Shown piece by piece: positions 57,230 through 64,000 of a stretch of DNA of 64,000 bases. A program made the translations under genes and the position numbers. Within the stretch, counting starts at the first letter, position 1, and each line of letters opens with the position of its first letter. Origin of the DNA: Eledone cirrhosa (lineage: Eukaryota); assembly GCA_964016885.1 (NCBI GenBank), contig OZ024743.1:84754001-84818000 (forward strand), given 5' to 3'. The notes under the pieces are model-generated. The model had not been told where the DNA came from. It saw only the letters and a program-made list of their open reading frames with translations, and did not search any database.

Positions 57230-57655
57230 TCTGCCTATGGACAAGAATCTTGGGTAATGATCGAAAGAATACAATCATGAATGCAAACAGCCGAAATGGA
57301 GTTCCTCCGAAGAGTCTTTAAAGTATTGTTATAGATCAGGGTGTCACTCCATGTCGAGCCACTACTTCTCTGAATTGAGAGATCACAGCTCCGGTACTAT
57401 GGACATGTGGTTAGAATATCTAAGGGCAGAATCGCTGGACAGATTTTACAGGCAAAGCCAACTAGCAGAAGACCCAGAGGTAGACCATAAGGAAAGATAG
57501 TCAGATAATATCCATGAACTCAGTTGGTCTGACATGGGGATCCAGCTGGATCATTTGGAGATGGGTTTCTGTTAAGACCCTTGGGAAGGCATGTCTGAGG
57601 ATTCTGCCTCCACGACCCTCACAGGAATATGTGGCTGAAGAAGATTGAACAACCA
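57230..57655 (+). mobile_element. RTE-type LINE 3' fragment (different subfamily)
   Basis: YGQESWVMIERIQS*MQTAEMEFLRR...IERSQLRYYGHVVR...RPRGRP. Confidence 0.8.
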
Positions 57656-57994
57656 AACATAGTTGAAAGTTGATCCAGGTAAGGTTTGAACTCAGAACAA
57701 AAAAATGTATTAAGAACAAAAAGATTATTCAACAAGAAAATCTTTTATCACTTAGCAACTGAAATATGGGAGAAAACCAACAATCTAACATCTTGTATAC
57801 ACAGTTCCCATTTTTATATTGAACACTTAAGAGACTAGAACCAAACATTAATTCTTTATTTCAACATAGCTAATTTGAACAGATTGCATGTGTGTGTATG
57901 GAGAGAGATATGTTTCATGTTTTTAAGGCTACTTTTCCATGCTAGCATGGGTTAGATGAGACATTTTGAAGCAGTTTTTCAATAGCTGATGCAG

Positions 57995-58130
57995 GGTGCA
58001 AGAGAGAAGACTGTGATAGTATGAACATGTGAATCATGGAAAATGACAGTGGTATAAAGAAGTGCAGAGAAATTTCAGTGAAAGGGACCCATGGAAGAGG
58101 TAGACCTAGGAAGACATGGAATGAAGTAGC
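57995..58130 (+). mobile_element. RTE C-terminal fragment
   Basis: VQERRL..., KKCREISVKGTHGRGRPRKTWNEV. Confidence 0.7.
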
Positions 58131-58662
58131 TACCAGTTTTAAAATGTTACCTGACCCATTCATGCTCCTCTCCATCTCCAACACTGCTACCAAGCAACTA
58201 TTTTCACCACAGAACCCCACCCCAGTATCACCCACTACAGTTAAATCCTAACACATCAACCATGACGCTTTAGTAGCTGTTTCACATCACCAGAGTACCT
58301 TCCAACTCTATTTGATATCACCCCCTCCTCTCAGTCAACTTCCACTTTGTCATATACCCATAACACTATATTTGTTATCCTCCTCCATCTTACTTGTTAC
58401 ACATGACATACTTATCTCTCCTACCTTCCCCCATCATATTGACTCTCCTAGCCAATATCCCCACACCACCCCCTCTGTAGTGTTGGTGTCACAAGAAATG
58501 CACCTAGCATACCCTGTAAGGTGGTTAGTGATAGGAAAGTATCCAGCCATAGAAAACTTGCCAAACAAAGAGTGAAGTGGGCTTTTCAATTGTACGACAA
58601 CACCCCATGATAACATGCACCCATCCAATCCTTGCTAGCACATGTTAAATGATGATCATGAT

Positions 58663-58700
<38 letters not shown>

Positions 58701-58729
58701 CACATATATATACACACACACATACATAT

Positions 58730-59300
58730 ATCATCTCCAGTTTTCTCCAAGCTCCCATGATTTGGATGTGTCCTCTTCAGCAGATCAACCCTCCTCTTGT
58801 ATTTCTTCACATTCTGAGATCCTCTTTCACTGCTCCTGCCCAAATCTATGGACTTCAACTACAATATTTTCCTTCCGTTGGAGATCCTAGTATTTCATCC
58901 AACAATCATCATTCATATGCATGTACTATATACCCATACCAGTGCACAAAGCATCGAATTCCTGTTATGCTCAGTTTTTCCCTCAGCTCACCTGGGCTAA
59001 GTCGATCATGCACGTTAACATTACACATTGAACAAAGCATGCTCACTTCTTATCTTCTTAACCTTTTCATTTCTGCATTTAGTATGCATGTTTAACCTCT
59101 ATGCAACATCAAACTTTTCACGCAGGCATGATTTAATTTACCCTTTGTTGTCAACAGAGATAGTAATCCAACTTGTTCTACTATGCTTCCAGAGCAACTA
59201 CCTCCACGTTTAGCTAATTAGGTCACATAGGTAACAGAAACTATCAACTACTTCTGTGGAACTTTCCTTGATTAGGGAAGATATTTCACAGCTAATATGT
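58730..59300 (-). mobile_element. Degenerate RTE fragment
   Basis: Minus-strand remnants of VDSFCYL, RLRRSEVSMLCSMCNV and WYG motifs. Confidence 0.6.
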
Positions 59301-60914
59301 GTATTCCGACTTTATAATGTGTACACCATATCCCTGCATGCCGTAAAGATTAATTAAAAAGGTTGCCGCCATGAAAGGGTTTACGGTTGTAAAACATTGC
59401 CTCAAAAAGTCCTGTCCATCCCAATATCAACCTAGAAAAGCAGACGTAAAAATGATAATAGCAACCTACAGTAAAGGCAATCCATCTAGATGCTATAGTA
59501 GAGTTGGTTGCCTTGACAATTGATCTCGAAATAAAACAAATATTAAAATATCTCACTTGATTCATTTCGAAAGCCAGGCTCAACAAAACAGCTAGACACA
59601 GATATATATACAATACACACATACAGATGAAGGAACACCTAACGTATATGCAATGAATCTAGTGATTCAGACAAGATACTTCAAGTTGTCAAGGATTCCC
59701 GATAAAATAGATGATGATAGAAAAAAAAACATCCAATTATAAAACATATTGATATACACAATAACAAAGTTTGACAGTGTTCTCTGCCAATGTGTGTATT
59801 CTAATGAAGGACTGGCGGAACGCTGTCGTCCAACCTTGATGACAAGGATGTTGATGATGATGTTACTATATATATGTGTGTGCCTAGATTATTAAAATGT
59901 ATTTACCAGCCAATGACAGAAGCCTCTACGTGGTAGCTCGACTTGCCTGAAATAGTACTAAACTTATAACTTATTGCCTTGGAAAGAATAGACACATTAG
60001 ATAATGTAGTCACAGATACACGATGAATGAGATAAGAAAGGGATTGTCATGAACGACATTGATCGTGTATTCAGACAGGGTTGACTCGGGGCTAAATAGC
60101 AATAAGCTAGGCTACTATTGCATATATACATCTATACATGCAAGTATATATACGTGTATACTTAAATTATATAAAACAAAAACAAAATCAATCTATGTGA
60201 ATTCAAGACTGTTTAAATTTGAAGTAAAAGCTTTCTTTTATAAAAACCTAAATTATTTTTTTGAAATATGGAAACTGAGTTAAGAAAAAAATCAAAATGA
60301 CAAAACATATATGTATACATTTATAATAATATGCATTATTGTATGGCGGTGATTGTTGTGGTAGAAATGATGCTAGCTGATATTAATCGCGGCAAAAATA
60401 AAAACATAGCAGCAATAAACAAAAACATGAGTACGAACAGTATCTGAGGGTTAACCCTTGCAATGGATTGGCGCCTAGTTCATGGATGAATCTGTTCATG
60501 ACAGGACTAGGGCCTCTATCATTAAAACCCACAGAAACCTCCTGTGGAATGCAACATCGTAGGAGACCTGATAAAACTTAACAGAGAGAGAGAGAGCACG
60601 CAATATATGAATGTCAGTTTGTAAAGCCATGAGAATGTTATACATATATACACATATATATAAGTATACATGCACAAATTCACACGATAAAAACATAGAA
60701 ATGTGGAATAAAACGATTTTCAGTTAAGAAAATTTAATAGAGAAAATAACTGTTGGTCTTGAAAATAGCCGAGAAAGAGAGAGAGAGCAAAGTAGTCGCC
60801 CAGTCATGTGTGTGTGTGTATGAAGTGGGAGTGTGTGAGAGATAGAACTGTTCTTTGGTGGAATTAGCGATGCTGTGCTTTCATTAAAAAGGACTGCTTA
60901 TTGCATAGCTTCAC

Positions 60915-61173
60915 AACACACACACACATGTATATATATACACACACACACACATGTATATATATACACACACACACATATATATATATATACACACACA
61001 CACACATATATATATATACACACACACATATATATATATACACACACACACACATATATATACACACACACACACACATATATATACACACACACACACA
61101 CATATATACACACACACACACATATATATACACACACACACACATATATATACACACACACACACATATATAT

Positions 61174-61234
<61 letters not shown>

Positions 61235-61288
61235 TATATATATATATATACACACACACATATATATATATATATATGTGTGTGTGTA
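60915..61288. repeat. Compound (CA)n/(TA)n microsatellite
   Basis: Directly visible; source of spurious six-frame ORFs. Confidence 0.97.
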
Positions 61289-62842
61289 ATTCATTAAGTT
61301 AAATGTGTGGAAAATAATGAAGGTTTTATTATGAAGCTGTTTTATAGTAAAAAGTGAGAGAGGTTAAATCTAACAGTACGGTGTTGTGTATCGTCTCATT
61401 ACCATGGCTGCTCTTTCAGCTCTCATTCACACACGCACCTTATACAAATTACATATATACACACCTTCACGTGTGTGCGCGCACGCGCACGTAAGTGCAT
61501 TTGTGTATAAATCTCAATATATACATGTTTATAATGAATTTATATAGACCTATCATAAATAAGTATATACAGAAGGAAAGAGAAAATTTAATTGAGATTA
61601 ACATGAGTCAAACGACATTTATTATCGCAGTTGTATAAATATATCGTACAAACACATATACTGTTTAAGATTGGCACTACTAACCATAAAACTAATCTTT
61701 TCTTTATTATGAAAAAAGGTGGAAGACATGAAAAGACGTTAGAAAAAAGTGTGGAGTTTTCATAGAAACCGACTGAACTGCAGAGAGAGAGCGCAACAGT
61801 ATATACACGATTGTATTATATGATAAAAGTCCCAGGAGAAATATGAAAGCCTTAAGCCAATGAAGGAAACCCAATAGATCCAGAATTACCCAGGGCTCAT
61901 TAACTCGGGCTATGTTCATTCCTCTCGCATATCTTTTTCGAAATTAACTGGATAATAATAATTATAATAATGATTTCTTTTATCATAATAATTAACAGTC
62001 GCCTCTCCACTACAATTAGTATGTGATATACAAAAACACATATGAAGAATGAATATGTGAGAAGTTGAATTAAGTAATATACAATCGACCCAAAACACAA
62101 AAATATCAACAAAGCCTTAAATAAACAAAACAAGAACTCGCTGAACTCACACCCACATATACATCTACACGGGTATATGTAGAGGAAGATAAAGAGTATA
62201 GAGAAAGGACAGTGTGAGAGAGATATATAGTAAGGAGGGAGAGGGATAGCGTTAGAGGAAACAAAACAGAGTGAGAGGAAGGCCGAAATAGAAGCAGATA
62301 GAGTTAGAGAGGAAGATCGAGAGAGAGAGGAAAATAAAGAAATAGACATTAAGAGGAAGAATCACATATGTGTGTGTGTATATCCATATATATAAAGAGA
62401 TTCGTGTGTATATCAAAACGACCAAAGCACACAGTACCATCACACGAGAGGAGAAAAAAAACATGCTTTCTTTTCCCTCCGGCACCCTTGTTCATCTTTG
62501 TTTTAAGGAAGTCAGTTCTTCCGTTTAGCCCTTTTAAATATATTTTGGCCTCACTATCTACCAATCTCTCCCTCTCATGACTATTTAAAAAATAATCAAT
62601 TTGCGTACTAAAGATTTTACTAAAACATATTTCCGACTGTGTCGCTAGACCCACTACATACACGTTTATTGGTTTTTCTTACTACAGGAGTAAGAGAGAA
62701 TCGTTTCAGAGTATTCAATACAAAATGATCATTTTAAAGATAAATTATGTCAAATATATATAAATGTTGATTTCAGAGCAATATGTAGCCCAGATCACAC
62801 ACACATTATATATGTGTAGCCCAGGTCACACACACAGATTAT

Positions 62843-62843
<1 letters not shown>

Positions 62844-62892
<49 letters not shown>
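62844..62892. repeat. (TA)n microsatellite
   Basis: Directly visible. Confidence 0.97.
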
Positions 62893-62894
<2 letters not shown>

Positions 62895-63146
62895 GACAGA
62901 GAGAGAAAGCAGTATGTAGCCCAGATCACATGGAGGGACTAAAACAGAGAGAGAGAGGGTCGGCAAATTGGGGCTGATGAAATGGTTGTATAGGTACAAC
63001 CTGAAATGTTGGTGGTGATGACGATATGGCCGTTTGAAAGAAGCCGGCAACAAGCCGTCTCCTCCCGACAATAAAGACAGCAGAACGAGAGAAGAGAAGA
63101 GAGATAGATAAATAAATAAATCAAAACAAGCAAGCCACAAACTTAC

Positions 63147-63340
63147 TTTCTTCAGTGCTTCTCACTGAAAGCAATGTCGTTGTTGTTGTCGTCAGTATCA
63201 GTTAGCTAGTGAGTTAGTGTTGTTGTTGTTCCACTCAACTCACCATTTGTCTGGTCGTCGACTAAGGCAACCTTGGTGTTTTATTATAAACTAGTAACTA
63301 CGTTCCCGACATGCCAGCCAAGCAGCAGGCAAGCTACACT
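63147..63340 (-). promoter_or_regulatory. Putative non-coding first exon / promoter-proximal region of brm
   Basis: Consensus donors AAA|GTAAGT (63146-63141) and ATG|GTGAGT (63243-63238) in a TE-poor, CpG-retaining stretch; the start-codon exon has a splice acceptor, so an upstream exon is required. Confidence 0.45.
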
Positions 63341-63354
63341 CACTTAATCACCCT

Positions 63355-63640
63355 AGCTTCAACTCTCATTACCTCCCTTTTCTCTATATAGTTTTCTTTA
63401 CTCTTTAATATCCCTTCTCTCTATATAGCTTCGACTCTCATTACCTCCCTTCTCTCTCTATAGCTATCATTCTTATTACCTCCCTTCTCTCTACATAGCT
63501 TCCTTTACTCTTTAATATCCTTCCTCTATATAGCTATCACTCTCATTACCTCCCTTCTCTCTATAAAGCTTCCACTCCCATTACATCCCTTCTCTCTATA
63601 TAGCTTTTACTCTTGTTATCACCCTCTCTCTATATATTTG
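63355..63640. repeat. Pyrimidine-rich tandem repeat of about 35-38 bp
   Basis: ctctcattacctcccttctctctatatagct units. Confidence 0.8.
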
Positions 63641-64000
63641 TATATATACCTACTACTCACATTATTTCCTTTCCTATATATAGTTTTCATACTCTTTAAT
63701 CCTCCCTCTGTGGTATACCTTCATGACTTTTACCTTCTCTCTCGCTTATCATTCGCTCCCCCTTCCTCTCTGTTTCTTTCTATGCTACTTCTCCCTGGCG
63801 TTCCTTGTCTCTCTGCTTCCTATATTTCTCTTTAATGTTCTCTTACTCTTTCCCTGGCCACTTTCCTATCATTTAATCTTTTACCAGTTCTACAAAAAAT
63901 AACGCTATTTCTCTTTCTTTCTCTCCCTCTCTATTACTCTTTCACTTTCTCGTTCTTTATTCTCTTACCCCCCCCCCCCGCAACGCTATAAACACTCTTT

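Noticed and set aside
59800-59845. ctaatgaaggac...gtcc as a hammerhead
   Set aside because: Core is mutated and no GAAA box follows.
60864-61302. Six overlapping ORFs of 111-140 aa
   Set aside because: Translations of a (CA)/(TA) microsatellite.

Overview
AT-rich, intron-rich animal genomic DNA. The SINE, MITE and microsatellite landscape suggests a coleoid cephalopod such as Octopus (inference). One minus-strand gene dominates the window: a Brahma/SMARCA2/4-type SWI/SNF ATPase. I reconstructed 27 phase-consistent coding exons (ATG at 32395 down to 1575; 4226 nt, about 1408 aa) encoding QLQ, HSA, BRK, SNF2 DEGH ATPase, HELICc, SnAC and the start of the bromodomain; the 3' end lies left of the window. 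A probable non-coding first exon near 63.15-63.3 kb implies an intron 1 of about 30 kb. The introns are packed with mobile elements: a GC-rich CRE-clade-like RLE retrotransposon with a PHD-like finger, interrupted by an RTE-type LINE; a mariner relic with TIRs; CR1 and RTE fragments; tRNA-derived SINEs whose tails match that RTE; and TTAA/piggyBac-like MITEs. The most unexpected signal is a 103-bp-arm inverted repeat at 732-970 whose arms each carry a type-I hammerhead ribozyme fold (Penelope/retrozyme-like). Also notable are a GC-AG intron, a 33-nt microexon and tandem splice donors. Coordinates were read by eye and repeat boundaries are approximate.
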